Notes: generated by a model not told the origin, from the sequence alone. A DNA stretch of 32,000 bases from Xanthomonas campestris pv. campestris str. ATCC 33913 (GCF_000007145.1 NC_003902.1:3386497-3418496); one strand, 5' to 3'. Numbered from the stretch's first letter, positions 1-10,354 are shown. A program made the numbers and translations.

Positions 1-209
1 TGCAGCACCTGCCAGGTGTCGTCGGTGCTGCCATCGTCGACATACAGCACGTGCGTCTGCACGCCGCTCAGGCCAGCCAGGACACCCTGCAGGCGCGGGT
101 GCAGCAACGGGATGCTGGTCGCCTCGTTGAAGGCGGCAATCACCACGGTCAGGCGTTCCGCAGTGAGCGGAGCGTTCTGATCGGCCGGCAGCATCGCGGT
201 CGCGCTCAT
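1..209 (-). CDS. Glycosyltransferase family 2, N-terminal fragment (gene continues past the window start)
   Basis: The reverse complement reads [69 protein letters not shown]. The VVIAAFNE...[10 protein letters not shown] pattern is a typical GT2 N-terminus. It is absent from the ORF track because there is no stop in the window. Its ATG (209-207) overlaps the mtgA stop (208-206) as ATGA. Confidence 0.75.
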   Translation of the reverse strand, partial: MSATAMLPADQNAPLTAERLTVVIAAFNEATSIPLLHPRLQGVLAGLSGVQTHVLYVDDGSTDDTWQVL

Positions 210-946
210 GGCGCCTGCAGATAGCCGGGGCCACCCAACTGGCGGGCCTGGCGCTGGATCCACGCAGTGCGGCGCTGCACATAGGCGCCGGGGCGGCGCG
301 CGTCATAGCGGCGCGGCGATGGCAGTACCGCTGCAAGACGCGCCGATTCGGTCGGCGTCAGCCGCGACGCATCCTTGCCCCAGAATTGCCGCGCAGCTGC
401 TTGCGCGCCATAAATTCCGTCGCCGAATTCGGCCACGTTCACGTACATCTCCAGGATGCGCTGCTTGGGCCAGAACAGCTCGATCAGCAGCGTGTACCAG
501 GCCTCCAGCCCCTTGCGCACCCAACTGCGGCCTTGCCACAGGAACACGTTCTTGGCGACCTGCTGACTGATGGTGCTGGCGCCGCGCACGCGGCCACCGC
601 GCGCGTTGTAATCGCGTGCCTTCTCGATCGCCTGTAGATCGAACCCATGGTGAGACGGAAACTGCTGGTCTTCGGCGGCCACCACCGAAATCGGCAGGCT
701 GGGCGCGATCTCGTCGAGGTCGCGCCACTGATGGTGCAGCGAGAACCCCGCCTCGCCCTCGCCCCAGGCCTCCAGGTAGCGGCCCACCATCACCGTGCTG
801 ATGGGCGGGTCGATGATGCGCAGCGCCAACACCTGCAGCACGCTCGCTGCGGCGAACAGCAACGGTGCCGCCAGCACCCAGCGCAGCGAGCGCCGCGCCC
901 GACGCGGTGGCCTGGCCTGCTTGTCATCCAATCCGTCCGTCCCCAT
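206..946 (-). CDS. mtgA: Monofunctional biosynthetic peptidoglycan transglycosylase
   Basis: 246-aa ORF with an N-terminal membrane anchor. It carries GT51 transglycosylase motifs ([42 protein letters not shown]). Confidence 0.92.
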   Translation of the reverse strand: MGTDGLDDKQARPPRRARRSLRWVLAAPLLFAAASVLQVLALRIIDPPISTVMVGRYLEAWGEGEAGFSLHHQWRDLDEIAPSLPISVVAAEDQQFPSHHGFDLQAIEKARDYNARGGRVRGASTISQQVAKNVFLWQGRSWVRKGLEAWYTLLIELFWPKQRILEMYVNVAEFGDGIYGAQAAARQFWGKDASRLTPTESARLAAVLPSPRRYDARRPGAYVQRRTAWIQRQARQLGGPGYLQAP

Positions 947-1018
947 TGTTCGCTACGACCTTCATCCCGATGCCTGCCGCATTATCCGGCACTGGCGTCC
1001 CTTACGTCCGACGCTCCC

Positions 1019-1909
1019 ATGACCGATCACGATCAGCTTTCCCGTTTCCTGTTGCCTGCCGCCGGCGTGCGTGGCGTGCATGTGCGTCTGACCCAGGCCT
1101 GGCGCGACATCCAGGGCGCTGCCCACTACCCGCCATTTGCACGCCAGTTGCTTGGCGAAGCCGCAGTCGCGTCCGCGCTGTTCACCGGCCACACCAAGGT
1201 AGACGGCAGGCTGTCGGTGCAGTTGCGCGGCAATGACCGCCTACGCACGCTGTTTGCCGAATGCACCGCTGCCGGCACCTTGCGCGGCATCGTCCAGATC
1301 GCCGACGGTGCCGATGCGCCCACCGATCTGCGCGAGCTCGGCGACGACGCCCTGCTGGCCATCACCATCGAGAACCCCGGCCTGGACCCGCGCGAACCGC
1401 AGCGCTACCAGAGCCTGGTGGGCATGCAGGCGCCGGATCTGGCCGAAGCGTTCGAAACCTACTTCCTGCAGTCCGAGCAGCTGCCCACCCGCCTGCTGCT
1501 GGCCGCCGGGCCTGACCAGGCTGCGGGCCTGTTGCTGCAAAAGCTGCCCGGCGACGAAGGCGACACCGACGGCTGGACCCGCGTCGGCGCCCTGTTCGAC
1601 ACCCTGGGCGCCCCGGAACTGCTTTCGGTCGCCGGCGAAGACCTGCTGCATCGTCTATTCCATGAAGAAGCGCCCGAACTGGTGGGCAACAAGGCGCTAA
1701 GCTTCGGCTGTTCCTGCTCACGCGAGCGCGTCGCCGCAATGCTGCAGTCGCTGGGCGAAGACGAAGCGCGCGCGGCGGCGGAGCCGACTGGGGAAGTCGA
1801 GGTGCGGTGCGAGTTCTGCGGGCGTGAGTATCACTTCCCGTTGACCGAGCTGGACGTACTTTTCAGCGAGGCGCAGCCATCGCAGGATGCGCCGGAACGG
1901 TTGCAGTAG
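1019..1909 (+). CDS. hslO: Hsp33 redox-regulated chaperone
   Basis: The ATG at 1019 (MTDHDQLSRFLLP...) gives 296 aa. The C-terminal CSCS...CEFC (CxC / CxxC) zinc redox switch is typical of Hsp33. The track ORF from 647 is an upstream read-through extension that overlaps mtgA. Confidence 0.93.
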   Translation: MTDHDQLSRFLLPAAGVRGVHVRLTQAWRDIQGAAHYPPFARQLLGEAAVASALFTGHTKVDGRLSVQLRGNDRLRTLFAECTAAGTLRGIVQIADGADAPTDLRELGDDALLAITIENPGLDPREPQRYQSLVGMQAPDLAEAFETYFLQSEQLPTRLLLAAGPDQAAGLLLQKLPGDEGDTDGWTRVGALFDTLGAPELLSVAGEDLLHRLFHEEAPELVGNKALSFGCSCSRERVAAMLQSLGEDEARAAAEPTGEVEVRCEFCGREYHFPLTELDVLFSEAQPSQDAPERLQ

Positions 1910-1948
1910 AGAGCATCTGGCAAGCGACGTTCTGGGGAGAGCGAGGAC

Positions 1949-1977
1949 TTGTTAAATATTCATAAACACCCTAGCAT
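1949..1977 (+). promoter_or_regulatory. Candidate sigma70 promoter for the 2032 gene
   Basis: TTGTTA (1949-1954), a 17-nt spacer, then TAGCAT (1972-1977), inside a locally AT-rich patch. Motif inspection only. Confidence 0.3.
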
Positions 1978-2031
1978 CCTCACTGCCCGCTATCGGGAAC
2001 TTAACACCTGCCTCTGGGTCTGAACTCTGGT

Positions 2032-2898
2032 ATGCGACATCTTCTGCGCCTTCCGCTCGCTCTCTTGGTTGCCCTTGCGGCAGCCAGCGGCGTGCACGCG
2101 CAGTCGGCAGCCCAGATCCGTGAAAGCACCATCTTGCCGGTATGGAACAAAGGCAGCGGCAAGGTCGAAGCCTTCCTCTACCTGGAACCGACCGGCGAGC
2201 AGAAGGCCGGCGCACGCTGGCATTTCGGGCGTAATTCGCTCGATGCTGCGTTCGGCCTGACCTCCGGCGATTCGCTCGGCCTGCTGTGCAACAGCAGCCG
2301 CGGCACCAATATCAGCGGCCTTGCCAGCCATTGCCTGCTCGCAGGTATCGGCGATGACGAAGAAGACAGCGCGGCCGCCTCGCGCCGCGTGTCCGCCACG
2401 CTGGGCTTCAACCGCAACGGCGCACGCGCTGGCGTAACCGCGGGGACCGGCCGCGACACTCTGCCCTCCTGGCTGATCGGTGCCGGTAAGGCCCCACTGA
2501 CCCGCGTCGAGCAGAACGATCTCACCGTCTTCGGCCAGAAGAACATCGGCCGCGAAGGCTTCGTGTCCATTGGTGGCACCTACGCCCGCGCCCGCCTGGT
2601 GCCGCTGGCCGACGTCTCGCCGGCCATTGCCGACCAATGGGACAGCAAGACCCTGAGCGTCGGCGGCGGCTACGGCGCCTTCAGCGCCAATGTCATCGGG
2701 CGCGTGGTCGACGTCCCCGGCCAGCCGGAAAAGTGGGAAGGCCTGGGCCTGGGCCTGACCTGGCGCACCCCCTGGAGCGGCCAGCTCACGGTCGGCGCGG
2801 AGAACGTCATTTCCCGCGGCAAGAACCCGTTTGCCCCGAACAACGAGAGCAACAGCGACGGGACCATCCCGTACGTCAGGTACGAGCAAGACCTGTAA
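2032..2898 (+). CDS. Secreted or outer-membrane protein of unknown function (signal peptide, Gly/Ser-rich, beta-strand-like)
   Basis: The 288-aa ORF starts MRHLLRLPLALLVALAAASGVHA|QS, a classic Sec signal with an AxA site. I recognise no family. It is followed by a strong terminator. Confidence 0.7.
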   Translation: MRHLLRLPLALLVALAAASGVHAQSAAQIRESTILPVWNKGSGKVEAFLYLEPTGEQKAGARWHFGRNSLDAAFGLTSGDSLGLLCNSSRGTNISGLASHCLLAGIGDDEEDSAAASRRVSATLGFNRNGARAGVTAGTGRDTLPSWLIGAGKAPLTRVEQNDLTVFGQKNIGREGFVSIGGTYARARLVPLADVSPAIADQWDSKTLSVGGGYGAFSANVIGRVVDVPGQPEKWEGLGLGLTWRTPWSGQLTVGAENVISRGKNPFAPNNESNSDGTIPYVRYEQDL

Positions 2899-2925
2899 GC
2901 CTCTGATTCAGAAAAAGAATTTAGC

Positions 2926-2957
2926 AACGCCACCGGTCACCAGCCGGTGGCGTTTTA
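2926..2957 (+). terminator. Rho-independent terminator
   Basis: An 11-bp perfect stem, AACGCCACCGG (2926-2936) / CCGGTGGCGTT (2944-2954), with a 7-nt loop, running into TTTT. Confidence 0.75.
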
Positions 2958-3140
2958 CGTTGTGGCCGACCGTTCGTCGCCCGATTTCACGTCTTTCTTC
3001 TTTTTCATTAACGGGACTTTAATTCCTGACGCAACGCATATACCATCGGTTCACCCTGACGTTTTGGATCCGCTTCTTCGGATCCCCCGCCGGGCCAACA
3101 AACCCTTGGCAGTACCCAAGATCACTTGGAGAGAGAGCTA

Positions 3141-5912
3141 ATGAATTGCAAGTCCAACAAGCTGCGCGATGCAGTTGTCCTCGCGCTTGTCGTGGGCGTC
3201 GGCGGTACTGGTACCGCCATCGCTCAGGAAGCCGGTACCACCAACCTCGACAAGATCGAAGTCACCGGCTCGCGCATCAAGAGCGCAGACATTGAAACGT
3301 CGCAGCCCGTGCTGACGCTGACCCGTCAGGACATTGACAAGCAGGGTGTCACCTCTGTCGCGGATGTTTTGCAGCGTGTAGCGGCCAATGGCGCGGCTCT
3401 GAACCGTACGTTCAACAATGGTGGCGACGGCAGCTCGGGCATCGCGCTTCGTAACCTTGGCAGCGCACGCACCCTGGTGCTCGTCAATGGACGTCGCTGG
3501 ACCACCGGCCTGGACGGCAGCGTCGACCTCAACACCATCCCGACCGCCATGGTCGAGCGCATCGACATCCTGAAGGATGGCGCCTCGACGATCTACGGCT
3601 CGGATGCGATCGCCGGCGTGGTGAATATCATCACCCGCAAGAACTTCGACGGCGCCGAAGCTGGCGTCAACGTTGGCCAGTACAGCGACGGTGATGGTCA
3701 GCGTCAGGCGTACGACTTTACGTTGGGCACAACCACCGATCGTGCGACTTTGATGGTTGGCGCTTCCTACGTGAAGGAAGATTCGGTGATGGCTGGCGAT
3801 CGCGAGATTTCCGCCGGCGGCCCCCCGTTCTTCAGCGGCCAGAGCGGAACGGGTTTTCCCGGCTCGTATGTCCGCAATGGTTCGCGTCGTATCCTCATCA
3901 ATGGTGTTGAAACGCCGTACGTTGCTAACGTGCACGGCTATAACACCGCACCGGACAACTACCTGCTGACTCCGCAGGAGCGCACCTCGCTGTTCACCCA
4001 GGGTAGCTTCAACTTCACGGACAACGTGACGTTCCGCACCGAGGCGATGTACAACGAGCGCAAGTCCGAGCAGCTGCTGGCCGCAATGCCGGTTACTGGC
4101 CTGACTCTCAGCGCAGATAGCCTCTACAACCCGTTTGATCAGAACCTGACCAGCGTCAACCGTCGCTTCATCGAAACCGGTGGCCGCTCGTTCAATCAGA
4201 ACGTCAAGAACTGGCATTTCTACGGTGGCCTGGAAGGCTTCTTTGAATTTGCTGATCGCAGCTTCGATTGGGACGTGGGCTATCGCTACGACAAGTCCGA
4301 CGAGAATGTTCTGACCTATGGTCTGTTCAACCTCGCCAACCTCAACAACGCTTATGGCCCTTCAGAACTGCGCAATGGTGTTCCGGTCTGCGTTTCGGGC
4401 CCGGGCGGCGACGTGATTCCGGGCTGCGTGCCCGTCAATCCGCTTGGACCGCGTGGCTCGATCACTCAGGACGCACTGGACTACACGAGCTTCACCGCGC
4501 ATGACTCGTCCATGGTCGAGTCCAAGGGTTACACCGCCAACATCAGCGGCGAGCTCTTCACTCTGCCGGCCGGTCCCCTGGGTTTTGCAGCAGGCTATGA
4601 ATACCGCAAGGAAAGCGGCCAGTTCGACCCCGACGCATTCATCGCAGCGGGCTTGAGCACAGGTAACGGCGCACGTCCTACCGCGGGCTCCTACAGCCTG
4701 GACGAGTTCTATCTCGAACTGTCGGTTCCGGTGCTGGCCGATCTGCCCGGCGCTCAGTTGCTCGACTTCAGCCTGGCGACCCGCTATTCCGATTACAGCA
4801 ACTTCGGCGATACCGTGAACAACAAGTTCGGCTTCCGTTGGAAGCCTATCCAGGACTTGATGATCCGCGGTAACTACAGCGAAGGTTTCCGCGCTCCGAG
4901 CATCAACAATCTGTTCGCAGGCAACTCCGATTCGTTCGAAACCTATGCCGATCCATGCTCGAGCCAGTCCGGCCAGCTGAGCAACCCGGTCGTGGCGCAG
5001 AATTGTGCGGCAGCAGGCGTTCCTGCGAACTTTGTGCAGCCCGGTGCTGGCAACGGCGCCAAGCAGACACTCGAGCCCTTCACCTGGACGTCCAACGACC
5101 AGTTGCAGCCAGAAACGTCGACCAGCCGTACGCTGGGCATGGTCTTCAGCCCGAGCTTTGCGCAGGGCCTGAATGTCAGCCTGGATTGGTGGCAGATCGA
5201 GATCGAAAACGCCATCACGCGTCCGGAATCGCAGTTCATCCTGGACAAGTGCTACGGCGGCAGCGCAGGTGAGCAGGCCGAGTACTGCGCGCTTGTAACG
5301 CGTGATCCGAATTATGCGGATGGCGCTTACACCGTTACGAACATCAACATGCCGCTGCTGAATCTGGCTTCCTACAAGGTGGAAGGCTGGGATCTTGCCG
5401 TGAACTACCGCCTGCCGGAAACGGCGATCGGCCAGTTCACGATCAGCTGGGATTCGACCTATCTGTCCAGCTGGGAAACCAAGGCAACTGCGGATTCCGA
5501 GCTTGAGCAGTTCCAGGGCCGCTATTTGAATCAGGACCCTTACTGGCGCATCCGCTCCAATCTGTATGTCGACTGGTCGCTTGGCGACTTCGGCATCAAC
5601 TGGGGCCTGCGCTATAAGTCCGGCATGGCAGAAGCTTGCCCGTTGTCGACGGCACTGGCGCAAGCATATTGCTCCGATCCTGACCGCGTCACGGCTGATG
5701 GCGCTGAGCCGCGCAATCACATCGGTGCCACGACGTACCACGACATCCAGGTTCGTTACAGCACTCCCTGGAATGCCACGGTTTCGGTTGGTCTGAACAA
5801 TGCCTTCGACAAGGGTCCGCCCGTCGCTTACAGCACTTCGGCAAACCGCTTCGATCCGCAGTACGACGTCCCGGGCCGCTACATGTACATGCAGTACCGT
5901 CAGCGCTTCTGA
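3141..5912 (+). CDS. TonB-dependent outer-membrane receptor
   Basis: The ATG at 3141 is preceded by GGAGAGAGAG. The signal peptide ends AIA|QEAG. There is a TonB-box-like [12 protein letters not shown], plug-domain motifs ([38 protein letters not shown]), and a C-terminal ...YMQYRQRF with terminal Phe. Substrate unknown. Confidence 0.93.
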   Translation: MNCKSNKLRDAVVLALVVGVGGTGTAIAQEAGTTNLDKIEVTGSRIKSADIETSQPVLTLTRQDIDKQGVTSVADVLQRVAANGAALNRTFNNGGDGSSGIALRNLGSARTLVLVNGRRWTTGLDGSVDLNTIPTAMVERIDILKDGASTIYGSDAIAGVVNIITRKNFDGAEAGVNVGQYSDGDGQRQAYDFTLGTTTDRATLMVGASYVKEDSVMAGDREISAGGPPFFSGQSGTGFPGSYVRNGSRRILINGVETPYVANVHGYNTAPDNYLLTPQERTSLFTQGSFNFTDNVTFRTEAMYNERKSEQLLAAMPVTGLTLSADSLYNPFDQNLTSVNRRFIETGGRSFNQNVKNWHFYGGLEGFFEFADRSFDWDVGYRYDKSDENVLTYGLFNLANLNNAYGPSELRNGVPVCVSGPGGDVIPGCVPVNPLGPRGSITQDALDYTSFTAHDSSMVESKGYTANISGELFTLPAGPLGFAAGYEYRKESGQFDPDAFIAAGLSTGNGARPTAGSYSLDEFYLELSVPVLADLPGAQLLDFSLATRYSDYSNFGDTVNNKFGFRWKPIQDLMIRGNYSEGFRAPSINNLFAGNSDSFETYADPCSSQSGQLSNPVVAQNCAAAGVPANFVQPGAGNGAKQTLEPFTWTSNDQLQPETSTSRTLGMVFSPSFAQGLNVSLDWWQIEIENAITRPESQFILDKCYGGSAGEQAEYCALVTRDPNYADGAYTVTNINMPLLNLASYKVEGWDLAVNYRLPETAIGQFTISWDSTYLSSWETKATADSELEQFQGRYLNQDPYWRIRSNLYVDWSLGDFGINWGLRYKSGMAEACPLSTALAQAYCSDPDRVTADGAEPRNHIGATTYHDIQVRYSTPWNATVSVGLNNAFDKGPPVAYSTSANRFDPQYDVPGRYMYMQYRQRF

Positions 5913-5930
5913 TAGTTCGAAGCTTCGGTA

Positions 5931-5965
5931 AGAAAAACTACGGCCCCATTTGGGGCCGTAGTTCT
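5931..5965. terminator. Bidirectional terminator shared by the convergent receptor and TetR genes
   Basis: A 12-bp stem, AACTACGGCCCC / GGGGCCGTAGTT, with loop ATTT. It is flanked by an A5 run on one side and TTCT on the other, which gives a U-tract on the minus strand. Confidence 0.7.
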
Positions 5966-6006
5966 ATCTGCTCGTATCGTTGATCGATGCCACCAGATGC
6001 GTTGAA

Positions 6007-6615
6007 TCACCCCGGAATCAACGTCTGAATCACATGCTCGACGTAGGCTTCGAAATCTTCGCGGGCCTGCTTGGGTTGCTGCAGTTGCAGCGAGAGTTGT
6101 AGAAAGCCGACGTAAGCGGCGTAGGCCAGGCGGGCGCGGTGTTGGGCATCGGTGCGGCTGAGGCCGGCCTGGCGGAACGAGGCGATCAGGTAGTCGAGGC
6201 GGCGCTGCGAGACACGGTCGATGACCGGGCGTACTGCGGGATGATCCAGTGCCTTGAGCAACTCGCTGTAGATCACATGCGGCTTGACCTCGTGCGCAAC
6301 CAGCTGGAACAGCGCGCGCAGGCGAGCGCTTGGGTCGGGCACGTCCTCCAGGCTGCCGAACACTTCTTTCTGTTCGAAGATTTCCCAGCGCTCGAGTGCA
6401 GCCTGCAAGAGTGCGTCGCGCGAGGGGAAGTGCCAGTAGAAGCTGCCCTTGGTGACGCCCAGACGGCGCGCCAGCGGTTCGACCGCAACGGCGCCCACGC
6501 CTTGTTCGGCAATCAGATCCAGCGCAGCCTGCGCCCAATCGTCGGCGCTGAGGCGGTTGCCGCGGCCGGAACTGGCGCGGGGAGTGGCAGGGCTGGATTC
6601 GGTGATGTCGTTCAT
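6007..6615 (-). CDS. TetR/AcrR-family transcriptional regulator
   Basis: 202 aa. The N-terminal HTH region AALDLIAEQGVGAVAVEPLARRLGVTKGSFYWHFPSRDALL is the TetR signature. The gene is divergent from the hydrolase-fadE pair. Confidence 0.9.
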   Translation of the reverse strand: MNDITESSPATPRASSGRGNRLSADDWAQAALDLIAEQGVGAVAVEPLARRLGVTKGSFYWHFPSRDALLQAALERWEIFEQKEVFGSLEDVPDPSARLRALFQLVAHEVKPHVIYSELLKALDHPAVRPVIDRVSQRRLDYLIASFRQAGLSRTDAQHRARLAYAAYVGFLQLSLQLQQPKQAREDFEAYVEHVIQTLIPG

Positions 6616-6739
6616 CGTGACGATTTAACCATACGCTCGGGTCGGTTGCAGTATGCATCATCCGCCGATAACGCAAAGCACGGCAATTCAACGGCTTAAC
6701 CGTCCATACCAGGGAGTATTGACATCCCCCGGGCGGGAT

Positions 6740-6757
6740 CCATACCATTAGGTATGG
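6740..6757. promoter_or_regulatory. Candidate TetR operator (inverted repeat CCATACC-ATTA-GGTATGG)
   Basis: A perfect 7-bp inverted repeat with a 4-nt spacer that overlaps the hydrolase ATG (6754). Extra CCATAC half-sites occur at about 6632 and 6704. A TTGACA lies at 6719-6724, and an 18-nt spacer after it leads to TACCAT (6743-6748). Confidence 0.4.
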
Positions 6758-7677
6758 TCAGCCATCCCTCTAGCCTTGCCGAGACTGCATCCCTTGCTCG
6801 CATCAGTGTGGGAGATGCGTCGTTGGCGGTTTCGCGGCGTGGCGCTGGCAATGCGCCCACCGTGTTACTGGCGCATGGGTTCGGGCAGACACGTCATGCC
6901 TGGGAAGCGACGGCCACGGCACTGGCGGAGGCCGGCTATCAGGCGCTGTCGTTCGATGCGCGTGGGCATGGCGACTCCAGTATCAATCCTGCGTCCCTGC
7001 CCTATTCGGCGGCGCAATTTACCGATGACCTGATCGTGCTGGCGGGTGAGTTGCCCGAGCCACCGGTGCTGGTAGCTGCGTCGATGGGCGGGCTGTTCGG
7101 CCTGCTGGCCGAAGCGCGTTGGCCGGGCTTGTTTCGCGCGATTGTGCTGGTGGACATCACGCCACGCTGGGATACCACCGGCGTGGAGCGCATCCTGCGC
7201 TTCATGACCGCGCATCCGCAGGGGTTTGCGTCGCTGGATGCGGCCGCCGATGCAATTGCCGCATATCTGCCGCAGCGCCCGCGCAAGAGTGCGGCGCAAC
7301 TGCAGTTGCTGCTGCGCCAGCGCAGCGACGGGCAATGGCATTGGCATTGGGATCCGCGCCTGGTCAGCGAACTGGCGGGCCAGGATAGCCAGGCGCAGCA
7401 ACAGGCACTGATGGAGGCTGCCGCACAGGTACGGTGCCCGATGCTGCTGATCAGCGGCGGACGCAGCGATCTGGTCACGCCGCAAACCATCACTGAATTC
7501 CTGTCGATCGCCCCGCATGCGCAGCACGTGCAACTGCCGCACGCCACGCACATGCTGGCCGGCGACGACAACACCACGTTTACCGCCACCGTGTTGCATT
7601 ATCTGGACGCACTTCCCTCGGTTGGCATCAGCACCGCGTCCAACATTACCGAGCATGTCACTGGAGCAAGACCATGA
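6754..7677 (+). CDS. Alpha/beta-fold hydrolase
   Basis: 307 aa. It has the oxyanion-hole region VLLAHGFGQT, the nucleophile-elbow-like AASMGG, and a C-terminal HMLAGDD histidine region. Its stop overlaps the fadE ATG (ATGA at 7674-7677). Confidence 0.85.
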   Translation: MVSHPSSLAETASLARISVGDASLAVSRRGAGNAPTVLLAHGFGQTRHAWEATATALAEAGYQALSFDARGHGDSSINPASLPYSAAQFTDDLIVLAGELPEPPVLVAASMGGLFGLLAEARWPGLFRAIVLVDITPRWDTTGVERILRFMTAHPQGFASLDAAADAIAAYLPQRPRKSAAQLQLLLRQRSDGQWHWHWDPRLVSELAGQDSQAQQQALMEAAAQVRCPMLLISGGRSDLVTPQTITEFLSIAPHAQHVQLPHATHMLAGDDNTTFTATVLHYLDALPSVGISTASNITEHVTGARP

Positions 7678-10148
7678 GCATCGTTGCACCGTTCCTCCTC
7701 GTCATCCTGGCGGCGGGCATCGCTGCCTATCACCGCATGCGCCTTGCCACGTGGGTCGCGCTGAGCGCCTGCGTGCTGGTGGCGTGCTGGCTGTTGGGGG
7801 CCAACCTCACCGCCACCATCGTTGCAGCCGCGCTGGTCGTGCTGATTGCAGCGCCGGTGTTGTTGCCGTTCCTGCGCAAGCCACTGCTGACCACGCCGTT
7901 GATGGCGTTCTTCCGCAAGGTGCTGCCGCCGCTCTCGCAGACCGAGCGCATTGCGCTGGAAACCGGCTCGGTCGGTTTCGAGGGCGAGCTGTTCACCGGT
8001 GATCCGGACTGGCAGAAGTTGCTCAACTATCCCAAGCCGCAGTTGACCGCCGAAGAGCAGGCGTTCCTGGATGGCCCGGTGGAAGAGCTGTGCAAGATGG
8101 TCAACGACTGGGAAATCACCCATGTCCACGCTGACCTGCCGCCGGAGCTGTGGGATTACATCAAGAAGCACAAGTTCTTCGGCATGATCATTCCGAAGCA
8201 ATACGGCGGCTTGGGTTTCAGTGCGCTGGCGCACCACAAGGTGATCCAGAAGCTGTCGTCGATCTCCAGCGTGGTCAGTTCCACCGTCGGTGTGCCGAAC
8301 TCGCTCGGGCCGGGTGAGCTGCTGCTGCATTACGGCACGCCGGAACAGAAGGATTATTACCTGCCGCGTCTGGCGGTGGGTGCCGAGGTGCCGTGCTTCG
8401 GCCTGACGGGCCCGTTCGCAGGCTCCGATGCCACGTCGATTCCGGATTACGGCATCGTCTGCAAGGGCGAGTGGAACGGCGCCAACGTGCTCGGCGTCAA
8501 GCTCACCTTCGACAAGCGTTACATCACCCTGGCGCCGGTGGCGTCGCTGATCGGTCTGGCGTTCCGCGCCTATGATCCGGACGGCCTGATCGGTGACAAG
8601 AAGGACATCGGCATCACCCTGGCGCTGCTGCCGCGCGACACCCCCGGGGTGGAGATCGGCCGTCGCCACTTCCCGTTGAATTCGCCATTCCAGAATGGCC
8701 CGATCCATGGCGAAGAAGTGTTCATTCCGCTGAGCCAGTTGATCGGCGGCGTGGAGATGGTCGGCAAGGGCTGGAACATGCTCAACGAGTGCCTCGCCGT
8801 GGGCCGCTCGATCACTCTGCCCTCCACCGCCAGTGGCGGCGGCAAGTACGCGGCGGTGGTGACCGGTGCGTACGCACGCATCCGCAAGCAGTTCGGCCTG
8901 TCGGTTGGCCGTTTCGAGGGCGTGGAAGAAGCGCTGGCGCGTATCGGCGGCAAGGCGTATGCGATCAGCGCACTGGCGCAGGCCACTGCCGCAGCGGTTG
9001 ATCGTGGCGATGTACCGTCGGTGCCGTCGGCGATTGCCAAGTACCACTGCACCACCATGGGCCGCGAAGTGGTCAGCGACATGATGGATGTGATCGGCGG
9101 CAAGGGCATCATCCTGGGGCCGCGCAACTTCGCCGGCCGCGCCTGGCAGGCCGCACCGATCGGTGTGACCGTGGAAGGCGCCAACATCATGACCCGCAGC
9201 CTGCTGATCTTCGGCCAGGGCGCGATCCTGTGCCATCCGTGGGTGATGAAGGAAATGAAGGCGGCGCAGGATCCGGATACGCGTCGCGGCCTGGAAGAGT
9301 TCGACCAGAGCCTGTTCGGCCATATCCGCTTCGGTATCTCCAACGCCGTGCGCTCGTTCTGGTTCGGCCTGACCGGTGCGCGCATCGGTGCGGCGCCGGG
9401 CGATGCGTACACGCGTCGGTTCTTCCGCAAGCTGGATCGTTATTCGGCCAACCTGGCCCTGATGGCCGACGTGTCGATGCTGATGCTGGGCGGCAAGTTG
9501 AAGTTCAAGGAGTCGCTGTCCGGTCGCCTGGGCGATGTGCTGAGCCATATCTACATGACCAGCGCGATGCTCAAGCGGTATCACGACGAAGGCGCACCGG
9601 CGACCGATCAGCCGCTGCTGGCCTGGGCCTTCCACGACAGCGTGCACAAGATCGAAACCGCGCTGTCGGCGGCACTGCGTAACTTCCCGATCCGCCCGGT
9701 GGGCTGGCTGATGTGGGTGCTGATCTTCCCGCTGGGCCGCCGTGCCGAAGCACCGGGCGACCGCCTGGGCCATCGTGTGGCATCGATCCTGATGGCACCT
9801 AACGAAGCACGCGATCGCTTGGCACAGGGCGTCTTCCTCACACCATGCGCCAACAATCCGGGCGGCCGTATCGCCAGCTACCTGACCAAGGCCGTGATGG
9901 CCGAGCCGGTGGAACGCAAGTTCCTGAAGGCGCTCAAGACCAAGGGTATCGAGGCGTTGGATTTCCCGGCGCAGCTGGACGAAGCCGTGGCCGAGGGCGT
10001 GCTCACCCTGGACGAGCGCAAGCTGCTGGAAGAGCTGCGCGAGATCATGATGGACACGATCACCGTGGACGATTTCGATCCGCACGAACTGCGCGCGGCC
10101 AGCTTCTACGACAAGCCGCAGGCACAGCAGCCGCGCGAAGCCGCGTAA
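7674..10148 (+). CDS. fadE: Large membrane-anchored acyl-CoA dehydrogenase
   Basis: 824 aa, collinear with E. coli FadE as I remember it: N-terminal TM helices, then LTAEEQAFLDGPVEELC, GVPNSLGPGELLLHYGT, GSDA, TVEGANIMTRSLLIFGQGAI, and DDFDP near the C-terminus. Confidence 0.95.
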   Translation: MSIVAPFLLVILAAGIAAYHRMRLATWVALSACVLVACWLLGANLTATIVAAALVVLIAAPVLLPFLRKPLLTTPLMAFFRKVLPPLSQTERIALETGSVGFEGELFTGDPDWQKLLNYPKPQLTAEEQAFLDGPVEELCKMVNDWEITHVHADLPPELWDYIKKHKFFGMIIPKQYGGLGFSALAHHKVIQKLSSISSVVSSTVGVPNSLGPGELLLHYGTPEQKDYYLPRLAVGAEVPCFGLTGPFAGSDATSIPDYGIVCKGEWNGANVLGVKLTFDKRYITLAPVASLIGLAFRAYDPDGLIGDKKDIGITLALLPRDTPGVEIGRRHFPLNSPFQNGPIHGEEVFIPLSQLIGGVEMVGKGWNMLNECLAVGRSITLPSTASGGGKYAAVVTGAYARIRKQFGLSVGRFEGVEEALARIGGKAYAISALAQATAAAVDRGDVPSVPSAIAKYHCTTMGREVVSDMMDVIGGKGIILGPRNFAGRAWQAAPIGVTVEGANIMTRSLLIFGQGAILCHPWVMKEMKAAQDPDTRRGLEEFDQSLFGHIRFGISNAVRSFWFGLTGARIGAAPGDAYTRRFFRKLDRYSANLALMADVSMLMLGGKLKFKESLSGRLGDVLSHIYMTSAMLKRYHDEGAPATDQPLLAWAFHDSVHKIETALSAALRNFPIRPVGWLMWVLIFPLGRRAEAPGDRLGHRVASILMAPNEARDRLAQGVFLTPCANNPGGRIASYLTKAVMAEPVERKFLKALKTKGIEALDFPAQLDEAVAEGVLTLDERKLLEELREIMMDTITVDDFDPHELRAASFYDKPQAQQPREAA

Positions 10149-10169
10149 GGGCAGCAACGAGGAACAAGC

Positions 10170-10204
10170 ACAACGGCGAGCTCAGGCTCGCCGTTGTTGT
10201 TTCT
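10170..10204 (+). terminator. Rho-independent terminator of fadE
   Basis: A 12-bp perfect stem, ACAACGGCGAGC / GCTCGCCGTTGT, with loop TCAG, followed by TGTTTCT. Confidence 0.8.
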
Positions 10205-10320
10205 GGCGCTTGACCCGTGAGCGCAGGCGAACGTGCCGTTGTCAGCGAGTGGATGGTCACGCCGACTGATCCGGCAGCGTTGATGAGAAGGGGATGAGCG
10301 ACTCGTCGCGCAGCGTCTTT

Positions 10321-10354
10321 GCAACGGCGGGCTCAGGCTGGCCGTTGCTGTTCT
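10321..10354 (+). repeat. Second, diverged copy of the fadE terminator-like hairpin
   Basis: GCAACGGCGGGCTCAGGCTGGCCGTTGCTGTTCTG resembles 10171-10204, with the same TCAG loop, the same CAACGGCG/GCCGTTG arms and the same GTT-TCTG tail. It sits 150 bp downstream in the same orientation. Confidence 0.5.

Noticed and set aside
647-1018. N-terminal extension of the hslO ORF (420 aa in the track). Similar extensions exist for gcvT, mazG, nudE, the kinase gene and the second receptor gene.
   Set aside because: The extensions overlap neighbouring genes or intergenic DNA and have shadow-like composition. Homologue-length starts with better RBS context lie downstream.
7599-10157. An 852-aa minus-strand ORF, the longest on that strand.
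   Set aside because: It is exactly antisense to fadE, which has unambiguous homology. Its composition (very high R/A/G/H/Q) is typical of shadow ORFs in high-GC DNA. The same reasoning rejects 3138-4217, 4362-5741, 12732-13679, 13680-14723, 17822-19141, 20012-20749, 20879-21973, 21427-22194, 22445-23101, 23664-24968, 24800-25507, 26070-27176, 27891-29060, 29601-31064 and 30601-31932.
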